From NCBI GenBank assembly GCA_964057225.1, contig OZ059899.1, positions 6,200,001-6,264,000 of the forward strand: DNA of 64,000 nucleotides. The letters run 5' to 3'. Below the pieces are notes generated by a model. The model made no database searches. It saw nothing but the letters and a program-made list of their open reading frames with translations, and had not been told where the DNA came from. The stretch's first letter is position 1; each line of letters starts with the position of its first letter. The DNA comes from Auanema rhodensis. Taxonomy: Eukaryota > Animalia > Nematoda. Below are positions 1 to 12,784 of this stretch, one piece after another. A program made the translations under genes and the position numbers.

Positions 1-1729
1 TCCCATTGCATAGCATATTGGATTCAATGTCGAATTCACATAACACAATGAATAAGCAAACGACCACAACCATGCTGGTGTGGAACGAGGGTTGAAAATT
101 TCCCACATTACAAGAACTGAAAAAAAGTTGTTTTGTTTATATGTTATATGAGGAAATATGTTACAATCGTATGGCAACCATGTGATGAAAAAGGCCATAG
201 TGATAGCAAACAATGTCCGAGCTGCTTTGAGTTCTGGCCGTCGAACCTTTTTCTTAACTTCTTTTACTTTCTCCTCACCAGGTGTTGTAGCAAATTCTAT
301 AAACATTTTTTTCTTCAACTACCAATGACAACAACATGTATGATAATATGAAAGTTCTATCTTACCTGGACAGATTGATCGAACAGAAATTTTCTAAAAT
401 ACAAGTAAAATATAAGAAATCTAAAAAGTAATATCTGAAATACCTTTGATTCTTTGAAATTATTTCCAAATACTTTCGCACGTTTTTTTGCAACAGCATA
501 AACACGACAATATAAGATTGTCATAATTATTATTGGAATATAAAAAGCACAACATGCAGTTACAAATGTAATATAAGGACTTGTCTCCAAAAATTGTATA
601 TAGCATGAGCCTTCAGGTTCAACAAACTTTCCTGAAACATATTCTGCGAATATTAGTGTGTGTATATGTTGTTAGTAATTATAAAAATAAAGATTACCAT
701 CAATATATGGCCATCCGATAATCCATGGTGGCCATAATAAAGCTGAGATTATATAAGTTGCCGCAATCATTAAAAATGCTTTCTTTCTTGTTCTTCTTTA
801 ATATTTAAAAGTTTGTTAGTATTTGATTTAAACATCTATTTTCCTCACTTTGGACGATATGTTAATGGTCTTGTTACTGACAAGTAACGATCTATTGATA
901 TCAAAACCAAGTTCATTACAGATGAATTACTCATTAAGTAATCCATACAAAGCCAAAATTGGCATAATGTATATCCAATATTCCATGATCCAACAGCTGT
1001 GTAATATGTCATAAAGGGTATTGAAATCATGCCTGAAGTACAATATTGAGTAGTTTAACTCTAAACTATGTTGTTTTTGAATTTCGTCACCCAAAATAAC
1101 CTTCTAATGTTCCGAATGACTTATATAATGCGTCAATAAAAGATGTTAGAAAACAAATTCTGGAACTCAAATTCGCGAAACAGACATAGTAATATGACTG
1201 TTGTTGTACTACTGAGCCTAAGTTAGCCAGAAAAACTGTTTTTGAATCATAGATCTTTAAAAGTTCTAATTGACGAAGTTTGAGTATGAGTACATTCATT
1301 TGTACAAAATTATAAATTTTGTTTTTCAATCTCTCTATGAAAATATCAATGAAACTGGTTATTTTTTCTGTTTTTTTACACTGATAATCATTTCTTGTGG
1401 AAGAAATAAATGAAAAAAACTTTGAATTACCAATAAACATATCGGCAACGGCAAGACTGAAAAGAAAGTAATTGGTGACGGACTGAAGATTTCTATCAAT
1501 TTTGAAGCTGAGCAAAACCTAAAATCCTCATATAGTACTTGATGAAATAAACTATAATTATCAATACCATTAGATTTCCAATTAAGGTTGTTGATGACAA
1601 CAACACTCCGGCAATAATAATAGCATAAAAACCTGGAGTATGGATAGACGGTTCATCTTCCGCATTTTCTGGAGCCGCAATAAAGAAATCAGCTGGATTT
1701 GTCCAATTCTGGGATGTTACATTGGACAT
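1..1729 (-). CDS. gar-3: Muscarinic acetylcholine receptor, GAR-3-like class A GPCR; 3' end runs off the window
   Basis: Manually spliced exons 1729-1568, 1518-1431, 1032-849, 795-698, 631-444, 393-366, 296-165 and 116-1. All introns are GT-AG and the 996 nt keep one frame (332 codons). Motifs: N-glycosylation sequons NVT and NWT; TM1 GNLMV; TM2 NYFLFSLAVAD; TM3 WLCMDYLMSNSSVMNLVLISIDRY (amine-binding Asp and DRY); VTRPLTYRPKRT; TM4 LWPPWI; TM5 AFYIP; TM6 KAARTL..FFITWLPYD; TM7 YSLCYVNSTLNPICYA. These best match nematode GAR-3 as I recall it, but the gene may be a paralogue rather than the orthologue. Confidence 0.93.
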
Positions 1730-3071
1730 CTAAAATGATGTAGGTCGATATTAGTATAATTGAAAAAAAATTAAAACAAGAAGTAAATTCTTGGTATAGA
1801 ATTAACTATAACATATAAATTTCCGATACTATACATTAGTATATAGGTATACTTATGAACGTATGTAGTTGTATCTTGGATAATAATGATTAAAATGACA
1901 ACTTTGAAACGATCCTATATGTTAGAAAACTAGTTAAAAATATAGGTAAGTCTGATTATCAATTTACCATCTACTGTTAAAAATACAATATGCATGTCTA
2001 CCAAAAAGGGGAAGACACCAAAAGTACAGTGACAATACGAAACTGACGACAACCGTCTCCATCCGTGATGTACCCGGTCATCAACTGGATTCTGATGTAT
2101 TTCGTCTAACAAGATTTTTATTCAATTGAAATAAACAATTCTAACACAAAAAGTGAGAATCATTGTAAGTAAAAGTTAAATATAAACTATATATATACTA
2201 TATGTGTGAAGAAACAGATCAGATTAGATAAAATAAGATTGAAATCTTTGTAAGCTAACATCTGAACATTTGAAATGTTGCCATTAAATGCTGAACGACT
2301 TTATTCGAACATCTTTATACCATATCAGAAATAAACCAGAAACTGTTTTATTTGAAAAGAAAAGTAACTCAAAATATTCCAAGACGTTTTATGTTGCAGA
2401 GATAGATAGATAAAGAGAGGAGGGACAGGTGGAGAGTTTGGAACTGTTTGATCAATCATATTTGAGAAATAAAACCAAAAAAACAGAAAAAAAGGTTTTC
2501 AAGAAAAAATAAATTTAACAACTTAATCCTAATGAATTTGTTTTATAACTTGTGTTCAAAACAAAATATAGAAAAAGTGAGCAACTTGAGTTTTTCCTAA
2601 TGCAACAAACAAATTTCTTTTTGACAAAATAAAAATGTAATATGATAATAATTGATGAAAAAACATTAACAACAAACAATTTTAAGTTATGAAAGTTGGT
2701 TTTAGATATATTTGTTGTGAACAATCAAAAAGCAATTAGTAAGTTTTAAAAATTAAAACTTAAAACATATATACAGAGTAGTTAAGAATGAAAGAAATAG
2801 TTACTGTATCATATCTAGAGCTAGCTTTACTATTCAATCATATTATAACTGAATAATTGTTATTTTAGGAATTTATATTTTGTATAAATACTATACATAT
2901 AGTAAAAGTTTCATATACGTTCATATATGTATACAATACTTTTTCTATGAAAATTCCTTTTTTTTTCAAATGAATGAAATTCAAAAGTTATTGTTATAAT
3001 ATTAAACTATGTTTACATATATATGTACATGTATTTGTTACAAAAATAAGTTGAAACAAAAAAAAACTTAC

Positions 3072-3116
3072 AGCGCAACTTCCATCCATGAAAATTGGAC
3101 AACTTCCCAACGGCAT
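3072..3116 (-). CDS. Candidate alternative N-terminal exon of the receptor (MPLGSCPIFMDGSCA)
   Basis: ATG at 3116, 15 codons, then a consensus donor GCT|GTAAGT at 3071 in phase 0. This is in frame with the TTTTAG|ATG acceptor at 1730/1729. An upstream TTCAG acceptor lies near 3159. It could instead be a non-coding 5' exon. Confidence 0.35.
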
Positions 3117-4860
3117 GCTTGTAGGAAAATCTGCAGCACAATATCACAATAGACCTCACTGAAGTGAATCATACAATTCTTGAGCTTATAAATAGTTTTT
3201 CATATGAGAAACAAGCATTAGTTGTTAAATTTTTGTGGAACTCATCAATTATGTTACAAAAAAAAGTCAAAAAAAAGATATTAAAATGATAATAGTGTCA
3301 CTATACATATAATAAATATATATATATATACATATGTTGTGATAATAGATGGAACTTAGCTTAAAGTAGTTTTCAATATGAATGAATTACCTGATATTGT
3401 GATCTAGAATGCTAGATTGACTGATGAAAAAACAAGTAACTAGTTAGATTATCCGTAATAAAATTGTTCAATATGCTATATGAAATAATAAATTTGTTGT
3501 AAAAACATCAAGAAGAATGCTTCATTAACTTTAGATATGTCCACCTTACCATTATCAAATAATCAGTACTTCTTTTGACTTCATTGAATATACATTATTT
3601 TTATCTGAATAAATTCAATTAACTGTATTATACTGTTTAAAATATAAATTATATATAAAACAAGAATTGAAAGAATTGGAAGAATTGAAAGAATTTGAAA
3701 AAGTAAAAGATTAAATTTCAGATTTTTTTTTGCTGAATTTGTCTTAATTGGCATTTTCATATAATAAAATTTCGGTGAAAAATGTGAACATCATTTTCAA
3801 GCATCACACATCATGGAACGGTTGCTTTCTTCAGATAAAATAGAAAATATTCAGATTTTTGTACATCTCAAAATCATTTTATAGTTATCGATGTTATTTA
3901 TAATATTTTGAAATTAATTTTCTTCTTTTAGCATAAATTTGCTTATTCTTCTTAATTATAAATACATAGAAAAACAGAACATATGATTTATATACATTTT
4001 ACGTATAAAGATATTCATAGTAAATGCTTACAAAGCTTAAAAATCTTACTGTTTATTGCAATTAAGAAAATGATTTTTGAGTTCTCGTAACCCTAATATT
4101 ATTTGTTTTTGATATCTTTAGTATATGTATATATACAATTATAAAAATGACAAATAGGAGAAATCTATTATATACATACATACGTATAATGAAGTTTAAT
4201 GAAACTGATAAAAGTTTCATAATATAATATATATATATATACACGCCATTATACACTGTAAATAAGCATACTTTTTGTATAATATTTTTGTAATTTCATT
4301 TATTTAATTTTTTTAATAATCATTTACTTAATGGTGTTTTGCAGAACTAGCTAAACTAAGACTATGAATCATTTCTGCAATATTTTCTTTTTTTTTTTGA
4401 TTAAATGGTTGAGCAAGTTATAAGCAAATCAGAGCTTCATACAACATACAACATAAAACAACAATTTATTTCCTACTATCAACTACCTACCCCCCCCCCT
4501 TTTCCAATATTATGTTTTGTAGAAAAAATACTAAAGTCAGGCTCCCTCACTGTAATAAGATGTATTTTAGCATATTCTATTGAGGACTGCTTCAACTTGT
4601 GTTCTTTGAATTCCCATTAACCATTAGTCTTTTATTCCTTTTCAATACACACGAGGCCAAGATGTGAAAAAGAAAAATATAGAAAATCAGAAGGAAAAGA
4701 TGGAAAGGGGGCAGTAGAAAGAGGAGGCTTCAACTAGTTCTGGTTTCAGCCGACGTCGTCACCCATAATTGGAGTGCCTTCAGACGATGTTGACCTTGGA
4801 CAACACAACTACACATCTAGAACGAAAGATCGAACCAAATCCGGCGTAGTCGTTTTGTCT

Positions 4861-4875
4861 GTCGCTATGGGTAAC
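4861..4875. promoter_or_regulatory. X-box-like (RFX/DAF-19) element GTCGCT-ATG-GGTAAC
   Basis: Matches the RFX GTNRCN-N0-3-RGYAAC layout and lies in a GC-richer island upstream of the receptor gene. Motif match only. Confidence 0.25.
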
Positions 4876-6138
4876 TGTTTTTCCGAATTTTGATTTACAT
4901 CATTGTTAAAAAGATGTTAGATGACCAATCAGTAGAACATATCTTTTGATAATAATCTTCATCAGATTAGTAAAAATGATTTCAAACCAAGTTTATATAA
5001 GATCTTTGTTGAACCGGCAATGAAAAAAATACAAATGATTCAACATAATACACATTTTTCACAATATACTGATTCATGATACCCTAATTTAACAAATAAA
5101 ATAAAAGAAATCCATATCTATGTGATTTGGATAATCAAAAGAAATACTGATATAGACTGTATGAATGCTTTATAACTCTAAATGACTTGATATACAAATA
5201 TAATATCTTATTCATTCCTTATTTTCTTATTTTAAGCTTGTCTGCTGCAGAAATTCAAAAAGTTTTGCAAAATTCGTATAAAAAAAAATTTAAACGACAA
5301 AGTGATAGCTTTTATTCGTTTTTGTACAATCATTGCTCATTCTACTATTGATATACTACATAGTTTGAAGATGTTGTTAAACATCGGAAGCAAACTAATC
5401 AAATAAACGGAAACTCTAGCAATATCAAGATTTTCAAAATGAAATTATCCGGATCACAACTGATAAAATTTTTTTATTTATTATGCCCCTATGACTAGCT
5501 GTTTGGAGAAAAATTAAATTAATCAATTTGATTTTGTATGTATTAATTAAATTGAATGAATACATTTTTATAATCAAATTGTTGAAACAAAAAATTCGAT
5601 TAAAACAAAATACAAATCTGCTAAAAAATCAAAAGCGCAATAGTATAAGCCTACTCCAATTCAAGTTGTTATTACAATAACATTCTTAATGTTTTTTTAT
5701 TTATTTCTTAAATTATAGTCCCTTCAGTATAAATAATTAAATTTTGAATGTTATATACATGTACTACCTGACCTTATTTGATTAAAAAAAAGAAGAAAAC
5801 GAAAAATTTCGCTTGACAAGGAGCCTGATGATTACATGATATGTCAGTTTCGAAGTTTAACTTCAATGCTAACGAATTAAATTACATTTTTTCTTTCATT
5901 ATATTACATATTATTCATACATCAGTCATTGAACGATGAAACTTCGTTCCAAACTGAAATAACACATGTAATTTGGAAAAAAAACCTTTTTGAATGACAA
6001 AACAATTTTAATTTTGAAGTAACTCTCAAAGAATTTCCCTAGAATTATCCAGTATTCTAGAGATTGCTTTCTCTTTCCTTAATCATTTTGCGAAGTAACC
6101 GTTAAGAGGTAATTCGAAAAATAAATGAAAAAAAACTT

Positions 6139-6166
6139 GACGTGTCATTCACGTGTACTTCATGTG
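6139..6166. promoter_or_regulatory. Triple E-box-like array with 5-bp spacers (GACGTG-N5-CACGTG-N5-CATGTG)
   Basis: ttGACGTGtcattCACGTGtacttCATGTGtac, with an 11-bp period. Confidence 0.4.
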
Positions 6167-9100
6167 TACCAAGCTTCTGATTTTGTATAATTCTATGGGA
6201 GCTTAACTAGCGCTTTATAGTTGAGGATAAATTATTATTTATTATTATTATTGTAAATATATAATGTTATATCATATCATCTTTATTTTTTCTGTATTCA
6301 CAGCTGTATGTGTTGAAGTATTTGGTGGGATTTCCCCTCTTTTAATGGTCAATTCAAGCATACAATCATTATCCAAAGTTAATAGATAAAATCTGTAGAT
6401 AATTGATTATTGTATATAAAATTTCTTGCGTATATATATATAATATTATCAAATATAATAGATAATATTAAAAGAAAAAGAAAGATTATATAGAACAATA
6501 GAATAAAATAGAAATTTTGCTCTTATAGTATATTATTTTCCTCATTAAACAATACATGAAAGATTGATGATTATATTAAATCAAATCTCAAAATTAAATG
6601 AAAAACTTTAAAAAGTCTACATAATTTCAAATTTTCATATTAAAGAGTTTTTTTTTAAATTAAGTTTATTCGTTTCTTATTGTCTCTTTCTTTTCCCTTT
6701 TTTTGGTTTCTCCTCTAACTTTCCATCTGAAGCAAACAATGCCCAGGTCGAGGTTTCGCATCTTTTCTTTTCTCTTTTTTTGTTTCTTAATGCATTGTTC
6801 AATCATATATATCTTATATAACCTAGTCTGACACCAAATTCTATTTGTTGTCTTTTGCACAAATATATCTTAACTAACAATAACTATTTTTTTTTATAGA
6901 ATACCACAAAACTTTTTTCTGTTCAGTTTCCAGAATTTGAGATCTTTCATCATATTTTAAGATTTTGATATTAATATCAATAAACGTATTTGTTGTTATA
7001 TTCTTTATGTATTACAACAATTGAAATGTTGGAAAAGGAGGTGAAAACAAAGCATGTTTGTGAAGAATCTGTTTGAAATGTTCAAAGAAAATAATTGAAA
7101 AGATGTTTGGAGTTTAGCTACAAACGGAAGATCATCAAACATTATCCTCAACACGGAGAAATCCAGCTTGATCAGTGTTTTAACATATTTGAAGAAAGAA
7201 ATGGACGTTTCGTGTTTAAGAACATTGAATTGTGTGTGTGTAGGATGTGAATGCTGATTGTCCCCCTGTAGATGTGATGGACAAACGTAACTGAATATAT
7301 GGTAAAGACGAAGATGATGAACAAAGTTCAGACAATTTCTGTATTCTTTCTTTCAATTGAGTACACTTCGAGTCAAGGATCCATATTATACTCTTCATTG
7401 GCATTACTTAGGACGATGTTGAATGTTCAAGTTGGTAAAATTTGTTCCCGAAAATGTCGTGTCTAGAAAAGGTAATAAGAAAAGGAAATGGTCATATAAC
7501 GAAGTGTTGAAGAACTGAGAAGATGTGTTACTATAGTCCAAAAGATCAACCTTAACCAACGTAGTCTAATGTTTGTATAACATTAGCATATGCTGAAGAA
7601 AGATTGTCTGAAGTGGATCAGGACCTACTGACACACCTGTTAATGACATGTCTATTTGTTTTTGTATCTTTACAATTTTAGTCTGTTATATGTATGAATA
7701 TACAAAAATATAATAGTATAAATATATAAATATATCATATTGTATAATAATTTATATTTTCAATAAAATTTTGTAGAAAACTGTTTTCTTAGAATAAAAC
7801 ATTAAACACAATTTAAACCAGACATACATATATTTTTGGTTATGTCATATAGTATTGCCCATCATCCATATAAGGATGTATATTCATTTATACATTACTT
7901 ATACATATATTATCAGATAGATTATGATTATTAAGCTTATAATTGTGTTCAGAGTCCCTTGAAAATTGTTACAAAAATCTACCCTAAATTAGAAATAAAG
8001 GAGTGAACAAGACCGAGATAGAGAGAGTGAGACAGACAGAAAAACCTATGGTTTCTCGGAGTCTCTCTTTTCATCTAGCTATATTTGAGTCTCTAATTCT
8101 CCTAGCATCTAACTCTTCAAACCCTATCTTGCAAGGTTTTGTGTGCTCATCGTGTATAGATCTTTGATCACCCAAAACATTGTTTGTATAAGCTATGCTC
8201 CTTCAACTACATCAGTCTTTCGTGCTCTAACATAGCGCCATCTATGTGAGTTTCATAGAAAGTTGATCGAAAAATCATATTGACTATCCGTTTTTTTATT
8301 TTTCGGATTGAAATGTTCAAATACTAAGAACAATCATGTTTAGGTTTGTCGAATTCTTATGGCTAAACAATTCATCCGAAGAAGAAGAAGATATAGAAGA
8401 TATATATAAACATATCATTTTATAAGAAAATATCTAAATTTACTATATTACAACATATAATTTTGATTAAAACTATTTGATGATATATCATATTTACATA
8501 CAAACATTCATATTGTATGTACATATAATCAAATGTAATGGTACAATAAAAAATTCTTTTTATGTATAGTTAACAATGAAAATGAAAATTATATGTTTAT
8601 GTGTCAACAACTGAAATTTATTCTTAATTTCAGTTTTAACTAGTTAGTTAGTTTGTATATTCTGGTTGATCTCTTTTACTATTTGAAAAAATGAAAATAT
8701 TTTTTTATTTAAAATTTTCAATAATAATGATAATATTTAATTAATTTTTTCTTTATTATTATCTATCTTTTATTATATATATTCTTTATTTAATGTCAAA
8801 TCGATACAGTTAGCATCAGCATTAACATAAACCTGAGAGAAAGTCATAGTGAAGTCGATCAGATATAAAAGCTGGAGCTAAGTATTAGGTTTCCAGATGA
8901 GAAAGCGTCAGACGTTGATGGTATGATTCTGTCTCAAACATGCTCTGGTGTTGTTTTGCTTTCGAATGAACTAAAGAATTGTGAGAAGAATTATAACGAC
9001 AAATGCTATATGTATAGTAATTGAATCATCTCTTCTTGTGAGGCTTTTATTCTTAGCATTATATATAACAATACGATATTTAGCTACGAATAAGACTATA

Positions 9101-9364
9101 GCAACATTCTCAAATGATTTTCCAGTCTTAAATAAATTATTTGGTTAATTGTTTACATGACTTCAAAATGTTCTGTTTAGAATGAATATATCTAAGATGA
9201 GAATATATACTATATGTATATCTTATATGATTACAAAACACTATATGTATATAGTTTATAAATGGATTTAACTATATATGATAGATATGTATATGTAAAT
9301 ATATGGATTATATTATTTTCTTTAATTATGGAAAAATTATATATTTCAAAGCAGAAATCATTAT

Positions 9365-9401
<37 letters not shown>

Positions 9402-12055
9402 TCTGTTCCTTTTTTTCCTTTCATCTTTGCAATACTATATTCAATTTCTTTTAAACAGGAACCTATTTTACTATGAAGAATAAGTTGTAATACCAACAGC
9501 TTATTGAATGGCATAAACCCAGACATTACACAATAGATTTGAAAAGATATTTGAGATCATGTATCATCAAATGACAAGAAGATAAAACGACCTTTCATGA
9601 TTTTCGTAAAATATAGAGTAAACGTACCATAATAATTCATTTATTTAAGTATAGTTTAACTATATAGTTATAGTTATAATAATATATATTTAATTTCGAA
9701 TCAAGGTTTTTTTTGTCATTTCATTTATAATTAATCACTGATAGATGTCCTCACCAGCTGTATTTCTAAAGACTTAAAGCTATTTCAAGTTCATTGTAAT
9801 AAAACTTGTTGAATTGATGATGTTTTGACACTGAATTTCTGAAATTCAAAAATCTAATCAGATTATTTCTTTCCTATGATCCAAAGTTTTCTATAGTATT
9901 ATCAGGTGTATGTGGTATATTAAAAACCTTATCATAAGTGATCATTTCAAACCTCAAAGTTCAAAATCATATAATACATATTTGCTTTTCTTTTATCTAT
10001 ATGTTGGATTTAATATGCTAATTGACTGAAACTTCATATCAGCATTATCGTCATCAGTTTCGGTTTCCGCTTAGTCTCACCAAATTGGTGACAGATCTTA
10101 TCGACGTCCTTCATACAGAAGGCTACAGAACAACGACACCTGGCAATCCCATACCATATACAGAAAACTAAGAGGATTAGAGAAATGATCAGACAAAGAA
10201 AGAAGAGGAAATCTGAATAAGTTATAGAAGGATTGATAGAGAAATAAAGAAATAAAGAGGAAGAGAAACAGAGTTAGAATTGTATAGAAGGACAGTCAGA
10301 AGGATTTCTTTCAAAAATCATATCTCTTGACCCATAGATGAGATCATATATGGACAACCACTCTGATGGCACATCATCGATCTCGTGATGATGTCACTGG
10401 GAAACATAGTTATGATTCACACCTCAGAGTATAAGGAAATGCATAACTTAGTGTGCACTCGGCAACATCTATTTCAGATGCCATAAAGTTCCCGCACCTT
10501 TACTCTTTCATGTATGCCGCTAGGCGGCGTTTAGTAAATATATGTATATGCTGATGTTTATCACTCCGAGAAACACAAGATGAGCAAGTTAAAACACATT
10601 TATTATTTATTTCCTCGTATAAAAATATATTTCTAAACTGGCCTTCAACATCAAAGACAAATCTTACTTGATGAATCCGAAAATTGAACTGAACTTTTTC
10701 ATCACCGTTTTCATAATAAAAGTTTCCTTTTCAACCAAACCAACTCCAATGTTTTAGAATAATTGATGTTCTTTACATTTCACAATGAGACTCTATTTAA
10801 ACGTAGAAAAACATTATTTAATTTGTTAAAACAGTTTACCTGCCGACCCCTCGTTTTAGAAATTTTGCCTTTTTCTTAAATGTTTCTGACAGATAGAGAA
10901 GAAAACGGATGAAACGAGAGAAATAGGGAAGAAAGAAATTAAGAGAGAAAAAGAGACAGATAGAGAATGAAAAAGAAATGAGAGAGCAAACGGCAAAGAG
11001 AGAGAGAAAAAGAAAACGAAGAGCGTTAGATTTTTGAAAGAGGAAGACGCCTTCAATTTAAGAATACAAGTGCAAAGAATGTTTTTGTTCAATTTGAGCC
11101 AATCTGAATATTTCTCTCTTTTCAAATTCCGTTTTTATTTTCGGAAGATACGTCAAAAATATATAAATCACCTGGGCAGACTCAAGGCTCGAGGTTTGTA
11201 GCTACTATGGCGATAGTGGTGGTGTCGGCGTGTAGTGTCCGTCTTCATTCATAAGAAGCCTAGTTTGTCTTCCAATTCTTTCGAAGCCGAAAGATGAAAA
11301 ATTCTCTTCTTCATGTATTCATCTGGATGAAAGTCAAATTGTTCCGTTCTTTCATTTCATTTTCACACCCCGAACAACACTTGGATGAACAAACGAAAGA
11401 GAAAAAAAGAGTCGGTAGTGATGGCACAAACCAACAAAGAGTTGAATATTGAAGTTACAGTAATTATATTTTTTTCTCATTTTTAAAAATTAGTTATTGT
11501 TGTTATTGTTTTCCATATGAAAGAGGTAGTCACTGACACGTTTCACACTTTGATAACAATGGTCATTTCGGATTTAGATCAAAGAAATGATCATAGCTAT
11601 GATGAAGAATAATGATGGGAAAAGTTGTATATGGGTCTTCTCAGTTTTCAAACATCAGCATGAATTCACTATTGTTAGATCTTGATTGTCATTAATTATC
11701 CTCATCATTTAACTTTTTTTTTCATAGTTTCCTATCCTAAGCGATTACTTCCGGTGACCTGCTGTTTCATGCCATATTCAATGCATCTTCACACCAGGCC
11801 GTATTCAACCTAATACAAAGGAATATCAATGCTAGGATTCAAGTTATTTCAGGAAAATTCATTTGAAACCCTTGTAGCAGTAACAATACCTTCTTTCGGC
11901 AATAACATCTGAGTTAGAATGAGATGAACGAGCAATGCTTTGAAAATGTTTGTTACCGACGTGACCTATAACCTGTAACTATAGACTTACCTTACAAGTC
12001 GGTGAGAAAAAGAATGAAGAAAGGGCTTTAAACAACTGTTGGTAACTGCACACAT

Positions 12056-12087
<32 letters not shown>

Positions 12088-12766
12088 TTTATCTTTTTTC
12101 TCTCTCTCTTTCTGTCTGTATAGTTTGCCCCCAACTCTCTTGTATGTGTCTCTCTCGTTCACACTTATTTTATGTTGGTGATTATATTTCAGTTCACGAA
12201 TTAGTTGTCTTGTTCAGAAATCTTGTAAAACATTTAGTTTCAATACAAAGATAAAAGGTGTTTTCCCGGTAAAATTTTTTCTTTAGTCTTTCTTTTTTTC
12301 TTTTTATTCTGAATCTAGAACATTATTCATAAATCAAAAGTAAAAGCATTTGAATAAAAACTAATGTTATATCTTAGATAGATTCGGGTACTGTTATATC
12401 CGAGTTTTAAATATTATAAATAGTATAATTAATGAAAATAAAATCAAATAATTTATTAAATTCAAAATTTTATTGAATATTAATATGAGGAAGGTACTAT
12501 GGAAATAAGATATAAGTCAGCTTCCAGTTATTCAGTGAGGACGACATCATTCAAATGAATATTACAGATCAATAATTCATTCTTCTCTTTAATATAATAT
12601 AAATTTTCTTCATCTACATAGTATATTCAATCGAATGCATAATTAGAATACAGAATTAACTATCTTCAGATGCGTTTCGGCAAACCCTTCAGATATAACC
12701 AATATACAACCGCTCAGTCGTCGATACATAGTGAAAAATGATTTATTCACGTCGATAACAAAAACA

Positions 12767-12784
12767 AACGTGAAATTTCACGTA
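12767..12784. promoter_or_regulatory. Tandem E-box-like pair with 6-bp spacer (AACGTG-aaattt-CACGTA)
   Basis: Contains the perfect 16-bp palindrome ACGTGAAATTTCACGT (12768-12783), which is 15/16 identical to 55680-55695. Confidence 0.45.

Noticed and set aside
4750-4870. Plus-strand exon-like segment (TTTCAG acceptor, 40 open codons, GTAACT donor)
   Set aside because: No partner exons or recognisable homology; better explained as a regulatory island
8233-10529. CTCF-like motifs (TAGCGCCATCTATGT at 8233; GCCGCTAGGCGGCG at 10516)
   Set aside because: Imperfect single matches; CTCF has been lost in derived nematodes, and the host clade is not established
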